Shown: piece by piece, positions 35,898 to 47,857 of the stretch
Numbering within the stretch: the stretch's first letter is position 1
Layout of the letters: each line of letters starts with the position of its first letter
NCBI GenBank assembly: GCA_039621445.1
Contig: CP154954.1
Coordinates: 37,805,703-37,869,702 of the forward strand
Length of the DNA: 64,000 nucleotides
Direction of reading: 5' to 3'
Source of the DNA: Euglena gracilis
Taxonomy: Eukaryota
Notes under the pieces: model-generated
Told to the model about the DNA's origin: nothing
Databases searched by the model: none
The model's input: the letters and a program-made list of their open reading frames with translations, nothing else
Made by a program: the position numbers and the translations under genes

Positions 35898-38800
35898 ACC
35901 CAAAGTGCATGGGATTCGGGCCAGAAACGGGGGGTGGGGGGGGCAGGGGGGAGTTTGAAAAACACTCATTTTGGCATGAGAACAGTTTTTCGGGTATGGG
36001 AGGCCAAAAGAACACCGTTTGGAACAAGAAAATTTTTCCGATGTTTTTCGACTTTTTTGACCTAAAAATGGCCAAAACGGCTTAGTCAAAATAGGCCAAA
36101 ACTGTACAAAATGACCGAAATTGACCAAGAAGGGGCCATAACTCAGGATGGGCGGGGAGTTGCGAGGAAATCAAGATACTGTTAGACAGGGCATTTTAAG
36201 GGCTTCAATTTATTTCTCGGAAATTTCCTTTAATTCCCCACCATTTTTAAGAAATCTCAGAAAATCGACTTTTCGACCCCCTCCAAAAAAAAAGCGGCCA
36301 AAACGGCTAGTCGCAAGCCTGCCGTGCAGTTTTGGGCCGTCAATCGGCCATATTTGGCGGGGCAGCTGCGGGGAAATCAAAGTATTGTTGGATAGGGCAA
36401 TTTAAGGGCTTCAATTTAGGTCTCTGCACATTTCTTTTTGACTTTGTATCATTGCCGAAATATTTGGAAACCTGATTTTTTGCCAAAAAAAAACGCCCCC
36501 CCCCCCAAAACACCCCAAAATGACCATTTATGGCCATAAAAGCGCGCCAGAACACAGGCCAGGCATGTTGGCAGCCAAAAAAAAAACGGCGTTCAGGGGA
36601 GGGGGAGGTGATAGAGGGCCTCCAGGGAAACATTTGCTGATCGACAACCAGAACAGCGCGGCAGGCTTCCAACTCATCCTTTCTGGCCGATTTCTGGGCC
36701 AAAAAAAAAATCGATTTTGCTGATTTTTTTGAAAAATGGTGGGGAATCAAAGGAAATGTACAGAGACCTACTTGGAGCCCTAAAAATGCCCTGTCTAACA
36801 GTATTTTGATTTCCCCGTAACTTCTCGCCCAACCCAAATTTCGGCCCATTTTTTTTGGCCAATTCTGGCCATTTTGTACAATTTTGGCCTATTTTGACTT
36901 CAGCCGTTTTTTGGCCATTTTTAGGTCAAAAAGGTCGGAAAAAAATCCCCAAAGCAATGTTTTTTTTTGGCCTCCCAGACCCGGAAAAACTGTTTTCAGG
37001 CAATGGTTTGAACAAGGTGAAAGAAAACCATTTATGTGCTGCACTCTAACATCACTGGCCTGCATTACAAACTTTTTGGCAACAGGACCCCCCGAAAATG
37101 TGATGCAAAACCACAGCAGGTTTCGATATAAAGAACATATACACCCTCACCTAAACAGTGGTGGCCTGGGTGGCCAATTTTTGGCCCGGCTCGAAGCGCC
37201 GGGCCGAAAAATCTTCACCCCCAAAAAATCCAAAAGTCCTCAACCTAAACCCCACACACCCTTCCTCCTTATATCAGAACCCTGAACACACACAAAAACG
37301 CACACAAAAAACTCAAATTCAGCTTTGCGTCTTTGGGAGGCGCGTTGGCAGCCAAAAAAAAAACGGGGTTCGGGGGGGGGGGGGTAATAGAGGGCTTCCA
37401 GATGTACCGACACTTCCGGAATTAATGTACGTTTTCTCGAGGTATTTTTGGCTTGTCTGTTTTGAGTTAGAGCGAAGCTTACAACCGTGTTTTTCTTTTC
37501 AGTCGCAGGACACTGGATATCGAGTTTCCGAATCACCTCCATTTGACCCCCAACTCCCCGCCAGGCCCGAGTTACTCACCCACGAAGCGGTCCAAACTAG
37601 GTAGGATTGGCCCGCGCCCCCCCTCTTCTGGCTCTGCCATTTCGCCGGGGTTCAGAAATTGGTAAAAAATCGATTTTTTTTAAAAAAATATCTCGAGAAA
37701 ACGTACATTATTTCTGGAAGTTGGCAACTTGGCGTATCGGCCTGGCCCGGCCCGACACGGCCCGGCCTGCAGCCCGGTCGCCCAGTCCAGAATTCTTTTG
37801 ATCCGAAAATTTTTTCGCTTTTTTTTAAAATTTTTCATGGGTTCACGGTTTCATGGGTTCGGGCCACAGACGGGGCCCCAGGGGTCAAAAAATGCTGGTT
37901 TTGGGCTCGAAAACAGTTTTTCCTGGTCCGGGAGGCCAAAAAACAAGGTTCTAGGCAGAAATTTTCGATGTTTTTCGACTTTTTTGATCCAGAGATGACC
38001 CAAAGTGCATGGGATTCGGGCCAGAAACGGGGGGTGGGGGGGGGGGCAGGAGGGGGGGTTGAAAAACTCTCATTTTGGCATGAGAACAGTTTTTCGGGTA
38101 TGGGAGGCCAAAAGAACACCGTTTGGAACAAGAAAATTTTTCCGATGTTTTTCGACTTTTCTGACCTAAAAATGGCCAAAACGGCTTAGTCAAAATAGGC
38201 CAAAACTGTACAAAATGACCGAAATTGACCAAGAAGGGGCCATAACTCAGGATGGGCGGGGAGTTGCGAGGAAATCAAGATACTGTTAGACAGGGCATTT
38301 TAAGGGCTTCAATTTATTTCTCGGAAATTTCCTTTAATTCCCCACCATTTTTAAGAAATCTCAGAAAATCGACTTTTCGACCCCCTCCAAAAAAAAGCGG
38401 CCAAAACGGCTAGTCGCAAGCCTGCCGTGCAGTTTTGGGCCGTCAATCGGCCATATTTGGCGGGGCAGCTGCGGGGAAATCAAAATATTGTTGGATAGGG
38501 CAATTTAAGGGCTTCAATTTAGGTCTCTGCACATTTCTTTTGACTTTGTATCATTGCCGAAATATTTGGAAACCTGATTCTTTGCCAAAAAACGCCCCCC
38601 ACACCCCAAAATGACCATTTATGGCCATAAGGGAGGCCAGGCATGTTGGCAGCCAAAAAAAAAACGGCGTTCAGGGGAGGGGGAGGTGATAGAGGGCCTC
38701 CAGGGAAACATTTGCTGATCGACAACCAGAACAGCGCGGCAGGCTTCCAACTCATCCTTTCTGGCCGATTTCTGGGCCAAAAAAAAAATCGATTTTGCTG

Positions 38801-41800
38801 ATTTTTTTGAAAAATGGTGGGGAATCAAAGGAAATGTACAGAGACCTACTTGGAGCCCTAAAAATGCCCTGTCTAACAGTATTTTGATTTCCCCGTAACT
38901 TCTCGCCCAGCCCAAGTTTCGGCCCATTTTTTTGGCCAATTCTGGCCATTTTGTACAATTTTGGCCTATTTTGACTTCAGCCGTTTTTTGGCCATTTTTA
39001 GGTCAAAAAGGTCGGAAAAAAATCCCCAAAACAATGTTTTTTTGGCCTCCCAGACCCGGAAAAACTGTTTTCAGGCAATGGTTTGAACAAGGTGAAAGAA
39101 AAACCATTTATGTGCTGCACTCTAACATCACTGGCCTGCATTACAAACTTTTTGGCAATAGGACCCCCCGAAAATGTGATGCAAAACCACAGCAGGTTTC
39201 GATATAAAGAACATATACACCCTCACCTAAACAGTGGTGGCCTGGGTGGCCAATTTTTGGCCCGGCTCGAAGCGCCGGGCCGAAAAATCTTCACCCCCAA
39301 AAAATCCAAAAGTCCTCAACCTAAACCCCACACACCCTCCCTCCTTATATCAGAACCCTGAACACACACAAAAACGCACACAAAAAACTCAAATTCAGCT
39401 TTGCGTCTTTGGGAGGCGCGTTGGCAGCAAAAAAAAAAAAACGGGGTTGGGGGGTGGGGGGGGGGTAATAGAGGGCTTCCAGATGTACCGACACTTCCGG
39501 AATTAATGTACGTTTTCTCGAGATTGTCTGTTTTGAGTTAGAGCGAAGCTTACAACCGTGTTTTTCTTTTCAGTCGCAGGACACTGGATATCGAGTTTCC
39601 GAATCACCTCCATTTGACCCCCAACTCCCCGCCAGGCCCGAGTTACTCACCCGCGAAGCGGTCCAAACTGGGTAGGATTGGCCCGCGCCCCCCCTCTTCT
39701 GGCTCTGCCATTTCGCCGGGGTTCAGAAATCGGTAAAAAATCGATTTTTTTTAAAAAAATATCTCGAGAAAACGTACATTATTTCTGGAAGTTGGCAACT
39801 TGGCGTATCGGCCTGGCCCGGCCCGACACGGCCCGGCCTGCAGCCCGGTCGCCCAGTCCAGAATTCTTTTGACCCGAAATTTTTTTCGCTTTTTTAAATT
39901 TTTCATGGGTTCACGGTTTCATGGGTTCGGGCCACAGACGGGGCCCCAGGGGTCAAAAAATGCTGGTTTTTGGCTCGAAAACAGTTTTTCCTGGTCCGGG
40001 AGGCCAAAAAACAAGGTTCTAGGCAGAAATTTTCGATGTTTTTCGACTTTTTTGATCCAGAGATGACCCAAAGTGCATGGGATTCGGGCCAGAAACGGGG
40101 GGTGGGGGGGGCAGGGGGGAGGTTGAAAAACACTCATTTTGGCATGAGAACAGTTTTTCGGGTATGGGAGGCCAAAAGAACACCGTTTGGAACAATAAAA
40201 TTTTTCCGATGTTTTTCGACTTTTTTGACCTAAAAATGGCCAAAACGGCTTAGTCAAAATAGGCCAAAACTGTACAAAATGACCGAAATTGACCAAGAAG
40301 GGGCCATAACTCAGGATGGGCGGGGAGTTGCGAGGAAATCAAGATACTGTTAGACAGGGCATTTTAAGGGCTTCAATTTATTTCTCGGAAATTTCCTTTA
40401 ATTCCCCACCATTTTTAAGAAATCTCAGAAAATCGACTTTTCGACCCCCTCCAAAAAAAAAGCGGCCAAAACGGCTAGTCGCAAGCCTGCCGTGCAGTTT
40501 TGGGCCGTCAATCGGCCATATTTGGCGGGGCAGCTGCGGGGAAATCAAAGTATTGTTGGATAGGGCAATTTAAGGGCTTCAATTTAGGTCTCTGCACATT
40601 TCTTTTTGACTTTGTATCATTGCCGAAATATTTGGAAACCTGATTTTTTGCCAAAAAACGCCCCCCCCCCAAAACACCCCAAAATGACCATTTATGGCCA
40701 TAAAAGCGCGCCAGAACACAGGCCAGGCATGTTGGCAGCCAAAAGAAAAACGGCGTTCAGGGGAGGGGGAGGTGATAGAGGGCCTCCAGGGAAACATTTG
40801 CTGATCGACAACCAGAACAGCGCGGCAGGCTTCCAACTCATCCTTTCTGGCCGATTTCTGGGCCAAAAAAAAAATCGATTTTGCTGATTTTTTTTGAAAA
40901 ATGGTGGGGAATCAAAGGAAATGTACAGAGACCTACTTGGAGCCCTAAAAATGCCCTGTCTAACAGTATTTTGATTTCCCCGTAACTTCTCGCCCAGCCC
41001 AAGTTTCGGCCCATTTTTTTGGCCAATTCTGGCCATTTTGTACAATTTTGGCCTATTTTGACTTCAGCCGTTTTTTGGCCATTTTTAGGTCAAAAAGGTC
41101 GGAAAAAAATCCCCAAAACAATGTTTTTTTGGCCTCCCAGACCCGGAAAAACTGTTTTCAGGCAATGGTTTGAACAAGGTGAAAGAAAACCATTTATGTG
41201 CTGCACTCTAACATCACTGGCCTGCATTACAAACTTTTTGGCAATAGGACCCCCCGAAAATGTGATGCAAAACCACAGCAGGTTTCGATATAAAGAACAT
41301 ATACACCCTCACCTAAACAGTGGTGGCCTGGGTGGCCAATTTTTGGCCCGGCTCGAAGCGCCGGGCCGAAAAATCTTCACCCCCAAAAAATCCAAAAGTC
41401 CTCAACCTAAACCCCACACACCCTCCCTCCTTATATCAGAACCCTGAACACACACAAAAACGCACACAAAAAACTCAAATTCAGCTTTGCGTCTTTGGGA
41501 GGCGCGTTGGCAGCCAAAAAAAAAAAACGGGGTTCGGGGGGGGGGGGGGGGGGGGAATAGAGGGCTTCCAGATGTACCGACACTTCCGGAATTAATGTAC
41601 GTTTTCTCGAGATATTTTGGCTTGTCTGTTTTGAGTTAGAGCGAAGCTTACAACCGTGTTTTTCTTTTCAGTCGCAGGACACTGGATATCGAGTTTCCGA
41701 ATCACCTCCATTTGACCCCCAACTCCCCGCCAGGCCCGAGTTACTCACCCGCGAAGCGGTCCAAACTGGGTAGGATTGGCCCGCGCCCCCCCTCTTCTGG

Positions 41801-44800
41801 CTCTGCCATTTCGCCGGGGTTCAGAAATTGGTAAAAAATCGATTTTTTTTAAAAAAAATATCTCGAGAAAACGTACATTATTTCTGGAAGTTGGCAACTT
41901 GGCGTATCGGCCTGGCCCGGCCCGACACGGCCCGGCCTGCAGCCCGGTCGCCCAGTCCAGAATTCTTTTGACCCGAAATTTTTTTCGCTTTTTTAAATTT
42001 TTCATGGGTTCACGGTTTCATGGGTTCGGGCCACAGACGGGGCCCCAGGGGTCAAAAAATGCTGGTTTTTGGCTCGAAAACAGTTTTTCCTGGTCCGGGA
42101 GGCCAAAAAACAAGGTTCTAGGCAGAAATTTTCGATGTTTTTCGACTTTTTTGATCCAGAGATGACCCAAAGTGCATGGGATTCGGGCCAGAAACGGGGG
42201 GTGGGGGGGGCAGGGGGGAGGTTGAAAAACACTCATTTTGGCATGAGAACAGTTTTTCGGGTATGGGAGGCCAAAAGAACACCGTTTGGAACAAGAAAAT
42301 TTTTCCGATGTTTTTCGACTTTTTTGACCTAAAAATGGCCAAAACGGCTTAGTCAAAATAGGCCAAAACTGTACAAAATGACCGAAATTGACCAAGAAGG
42401 GGCCATAACTCAGGATGGGCGGGGAGTTGCGAGGAAATCAAGATACTGTTAGACAGGGCATTTTAAGGGCTTCAATTTATTTCTCGGAAATTTCCTTTAA
42501 TTCCCCACCATTTTTAAGAAATCTCAGAAAATCGACTTTTCGACCCCCTCCAAAAAAAAAAGCGGCCAAAACGGCTAGTCGCAAGCCTGCCGTGCAGTTT
42601 TGGGCCGTCAATCGGCCATATTTGGCGGGGCAGCTGCGGGGAAATCAAAATATTGTTGGATAGGGCAATTTAAGGGCTTCAATTTAGGTCTCTGCACATT
42701 TCTTTTTGACTTTGTATCATTGCCGAAATATTTGGAAACCTGATTTTTTGCCAAAAAAAACGCCCCCCCCCCCAAAACACCCCAAAATGACCATTTATGG
42801 CCATAAAAGCGCGCCAGAACACAGGCCAGGCATGTTGGCAGCCAAAAAAAAAAAAACGGCGTTCAGGGGAGGGGGAGGTGAGCGAGGGCCTCCAGGGAAA
42901 CATTTGCTGATCGACAACCAGAACAGCGCGGCAGGCTTCCAACTCATCCTTTCTGGCCGATTTCTGGGCCAAAAAAAAATCGATTTTGCTGATTTTTTTT
43001 GAAAAATGGTGGGGAATCAAAGGAAATGTACAGAGACCTACTTGGAGCCCTAAAAATGCCCTGTCTAACAGTATTTTGATTTCCCCGTAACTTCTCGCCC
43101 AGCCCAAGTTTCGGCCCATTTTTTTGGCCAATTCTGGCCATTTTGTACAATTTTGGCCTATTTTGACTTCAGCCGTTTTTTGGCCATTTTTAGGTCAAAA
43201 AGGTCGGAAAAAAATCCCCAAAACAATGTTTTTTTGGCCTCCCAGACCCGGAAAAACTGTTTTCAGGCAATGGTTTGAACAAGGTGAAAGAAAACCATTT
43301 ATGTGCTGCACTCTAACATCACTGGCCTGCATTACAAACTTTTTGGCAATAGGACCCCCCGAAAATGTGATGCAAAACCACAGCAGGTTTCGATATAAAG
43401 AACATATACACCCTCACCTAAACAGTGGTGGCCTGGGTGGCCAATTTTTGGCCCGGCTCGAAGCGCCGGGCCGAAAAATCTTCACCCCCAAAAAATCCAA
43501 AAGTCCTCAACCTAAACCCCACACACCCTCCCTCCTTATATCAGAACCCTGAACACACACAAAAACGCACACAAAAAACTCAAATTCAGCTTTGCGTCTT
43601 TGGGAGGCGCGTTGGCAGCCAAAAAAAAAAAACGGGGTTCGGGGGTGGGGGGGGGTAATAGAGGGCTTCCAGATGTACCGACACTTCCGGAATTAATGTA
43701 CGTTTTCTCGAGATATTTTGGCTTGTCTGTTTTGAGTTAGAGCGAAGCTTACAGCCGTGTTTTTCTTTTCAGTCGCAGGACACTGGATATCGAGTTTCCG
43801 AATCACCTCCATTTGACCCCCAACTCCCCGCCAGGCCCGAGTTACTCACCCGCGAAGCGGTCCAAACTGGGTAGGATTGGCCCGCGCCCCCCCTCTTCTG
43901 GCTCTGCCATTTCGCCGGGGTTCAGAAATTGGTAAAAAATCGATTTTTTTTAAAAAAATATCTCGAGAAAACGTACATTATTTCTGGAAGTTGGCAACTT
44001 GGCGTATCGGCCTGGCCCGGCCCGACACGGCCCGGCCTGCAGCCCGGTCGCCCAGTCCAGAATTCTTTTGACCCGAAAATTTTTTCGCTTTTTTAAATTT
44101 TTCATGGGTTCACGGTTTCATGGGTTCGGGCCACAGACGGGGCCCCAGGGGTCAAAAAATGCTGGTTTTTGGCTCGAAAACAGTTTTTCCTGGTCCGGGA
44201 GGCCAAAAAACAAGGTTCTAGGCAGAAATTTTCGATGTTTTTCGACTTTTTTGATCCAGAGATGACCCAAAGTGCATGGGATTCGGGCCAGAAACGGGGG
44301 GTGGGGGGGGCAGGGGGGAGGTTGAAAAAACACTCATTTTGGCATGAGAACAGTTTTTCGGGTATGGGAGGCCAAAAGAACACCGTTTGGAACAAGAAAA
44401 TTTTTCCGATGTTTTTCGACTTTTTTGACCTAAAAATGGCCAAAACGGCTTAGTCAAAATAGGCCAAAACTGTACAAAATGACCGAAATTGACCAAGAAG
44501 GGGCCATAACTCAGGATGGGCGGGGAGTTGCGAGGAAATCAAGATACTGTTAGACAGGGCATTTTAAGGGCTTCAATTTATTTCTCGGAAATTTCCTTTA
44601 ATTCCCCACCATTTTTAAGAAATCTCAGAAAATCGACTTTTCGACCCCCTCCAAAAAAAAAGCGGCCAAAACGGCCAGTCGCAAGCCTGCCGTGCAGTTT
44701 TGGGCCGTCAATCGGCCATATTTGGCGGGGCAGCTGCGGGGAAATCAAAATATTGTTGGATAGGGCAATTTAAGGGCTTCAATTTAGGTCTCTGCACATT

Positions 44801-47638
44801 TCTTTTTGACTTTGTATCATTGCCGAAATATTTGGAAACCTGATTTTTTGCCAAAAAAACGCCCCCCCCCCCAAAACACCCCAAAATGACCATTTATGGC
44901 CATAAAAGCGCGCCAGAACACAGGCCAGGCATGTTGGCAGCCAAAAAAAAAAAACGGCGTTCAGGGGAGGGGGAGGTGATAGAGGGCCTCCAGGGAAACA
45001 TTTGCTGATCGACAACCAGAACAGCGCGGCAGGCTTCCAACTCATCCTTTCTGGCCGATTTCTGGGCCAAAAAAAAAATCGATTTTGCTGATTTTTTTTT
45101 TGAAAAATGGTGGGGAATCAAAGGAAATGTACAGAGACCTACTTGGAGCCCTAAAAATGCCCTGTCTAACAGTATTTTGATTTCCCCGTAACTTCTCGCC
45201 CAGCCCAAGTTTCGGCCCATTTTTTTGGCCAATTCTGGCCATTTTGTACAATTTTGGCCTATTTTGACTTCAGCCGTTTTTTGGCCATTTTTAGGTCAAA
45301 AAGGTCGGAAAAAAATCCCCAAAGCAATGTTTTTTTTTGGCCTCCCAGACCCGGAAAAACTGTTTTCAGGCAATGGTTTGAACAAGGTGAAAGAAAACCA
45401 TTTATGTGCTGCACTCTAACATCACTGGCCTGCATTACAAACTTTTTGGCAATAGGACCCCCCGAAAATGTGATGCAAAACCACAGCAGGTTTCGATATA
45501 AAGAACATATACACCCTCACCTAAACAGTGGTGGCCTGGGTGGCCAATTTTTGGCCCGGCTCGAAGCGCCGGGCCGAAAAATCTTCACCCCTAAAAAATC
45601 CAAAAGTCCTCAACCTAAACCCAACACACCCTCCCTCCTTATATCAGAACCCTGAACACACACAAAAACGCACACAAAAAACTCAAATTCAGCTTTGCGT
45701 CTTTGGGAGGCGCGTTGGCAGCCAAAAAAAAAAACGGGGTTCGGGGGGGGGAGGGTAATAGAGGGCTTCCAGATGTACCGACACTTCCGGAATTAATGTA
45801 CGTTTTCTCGAGATATTTTGGCTTGTCTGTTTTGAGTTAGAGCGAAGCTTACAACCGTGTTTTTCTTTTCAGTCGCAGGACACTGGATATCGAGTTTCTG
45901 AATCACCTCCATTTGACCCCCAACTCCCCGCCAGGCCCGAGTTACTCACCCGCGAAGCGGTCCAAACTGGGTAGGATTGGCCCGCGCCCCCCCTCTTCTG
46001 GCTCTGCCATTTCGCCGGGGTTCAGAAATCGGTAAAAAATCGATTTTTTTTAAAAAAATATCTCGAGAAAACGTACATTATTTCTGGAAGTTGGCAACTT
46101 GGCGTACCGGCCTGACCCGGCCCGACACGGCCCGGCCTGCAGCCCGGTCGCCCAGTCCAGAATTCTTTTGACCCGAAAATTTTTTCGCTTTTTTTAAATT
46201 TGTTAACCCGAAAGTGACCCAGAACACATGGGTTTCATGGGTTCGGGCCACAGACGGGGCCCCGGGGGTCAAAAAATGCTGGTTTTTGGCTCGAAAACAG
46301 TTTTTCCTGGTCCGGGAGGCCAAAAAAACAAGGTTCTAGGCAGAAATTTTCGATGTTTTTCGACTTTTTTTGATCCAGAGATGACCCAAAGTGCATGGGA
46401 TTCGGGCCAGAAACGGGGGGTGGGGGGGGGCAGGAGGGGGAGTTGAAAAACTCTCATTTTGGCATGAGAACAGTTTTTCGGGTATGGGAGGCCAAAAGAA
46501 CACCGTTTGGAACAATAAAATTTTTCCGATGTTTTTCGACTTTTTTGACCTAAAAATGGCCAAAACGGCTTAGTCAAAATAGGCCAAAACTGTACAAAAT
46601 GACCGAAATTGACCAAGAAGGGGCCATAACTCAGGATGGGCGGGGAGTTGCGAGGAAATCAAGATACTGTTAGACAGGGCATTTTAAGGGCTTCAATTTA
46701 TTTCTCGGAAATTTCCTTTAATTCCCCACCATTTTTAAGAAATCTCAGAAAATCGACTTTTCGACCCCCTCCAAAAAAAAAGCGGCCAAAACGGCTAGTC
46801 GCAAGCCTGCCGTGCAGTTTTGGGCCGTCAATCGGCCATATTTGGCGGGGCAGCTGCGGGGAAATCAAAATATTGTTGGATAGGGCAATTTAAGGGCTTC
46901 AATTTAGGTCTCTGTACATTTCTTTTTGACTTTGTATCATTGCCGAAATATTTGGAAACCTGATTTTTTGCCAAAAAAAACGCCCCCCCCCCCCAAAACA
47001 CCCCAAAATGACCATTTATGGCCATAAAAGCGCGCCAGAACACAGGCCAGGCATGTTGGCAGCCAAAAAAAAACGGCGTTCAGGGGAGGGGGAGGTGATA
47101 GAGGGCCTCCAGGGAAACATTTGCTGATCGACAACCAGAACAGCGCGGCAGGCTTCCAACTCATCCCTTTCTGGCCGATTTCTGGGCCAAAAAAAAAATC
47201 GATTTTGCTGATTTTTTTGAAAAATGGTGGGGAATCAAAGGAAATGTACAGAGACCTACTTGGAGCCCTAAAAATGCCCTGTCTAACAGTATTTTGATTT
47301 CCCCGTAACTTCTCGCCCAGCCCAAGTTTCGGCCCATTTTTTTTGGCCAATTCTGGCCATTTTTGTACAATTTTCACTTGAAGATGATGGCCATTTGGGC
47401 CCCAGGAGAATTCTTGACCTACTTTATGCTTTATCATCAGTTTGTGGTTTGCCAAAACTGACCCTTTTAAGCGACGCCTGACGCCAACCCTTGGGCTGTT
47501 TATGTCCGTTCAAAGGGCCATCGCCCAAAAGGTTGGAAGTCACCAGATTTCAGGTAGGCTGAGCAACTGCATAATGCGGAGTCGTGTCTCATGAAACGTC
47601 ACGGATAATGTGAAAAAATGCTCCATAGGCATTGAATG

Positions 47639-47857
47639 TAACCCCCCAAATAAGACACCCCCCCCCCGGTGTGTTATTTGGGCACCCGAGGTGGGGCCCC
47701 GGGGGGGGGTGTTATTTGGGGGGATGTGTTATTTTTACATGGAAAACCAAAGGAAAACAGGGGGGTGTGTTATTTGGGCGCCCGAAATCGGCCCCCGAGG
47801 GGGGGGGGGTAATTTGGGGGGGGAGTTATTTGGGGGGGTGTAATTTGGGGGGGGTTA
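47639..47857. mobile_element. Small MITE (taaccccccaaata TIR) inside a ~615-bp insertion that interrupts the macrosatellite
   Basis: Inverted termini with internal ttatttggg repeats. The unit sequence stops at 47373 and resumes at about 47988. Confidence 0.65.

Larger units (their letters stand above)
31520..47373. repeat. ~2.1-kb macrosatellite, about 5.7 units, with degenerate continuation to about 50400
   Basis: Marker ttggcccgcgcccc at about 31664, 37607, 39678, 41776, 43877, 45977 and 49243. Periods are 2071-2101 bp; the first is about 2113 after removing the insertion. Confidence 0.97.
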
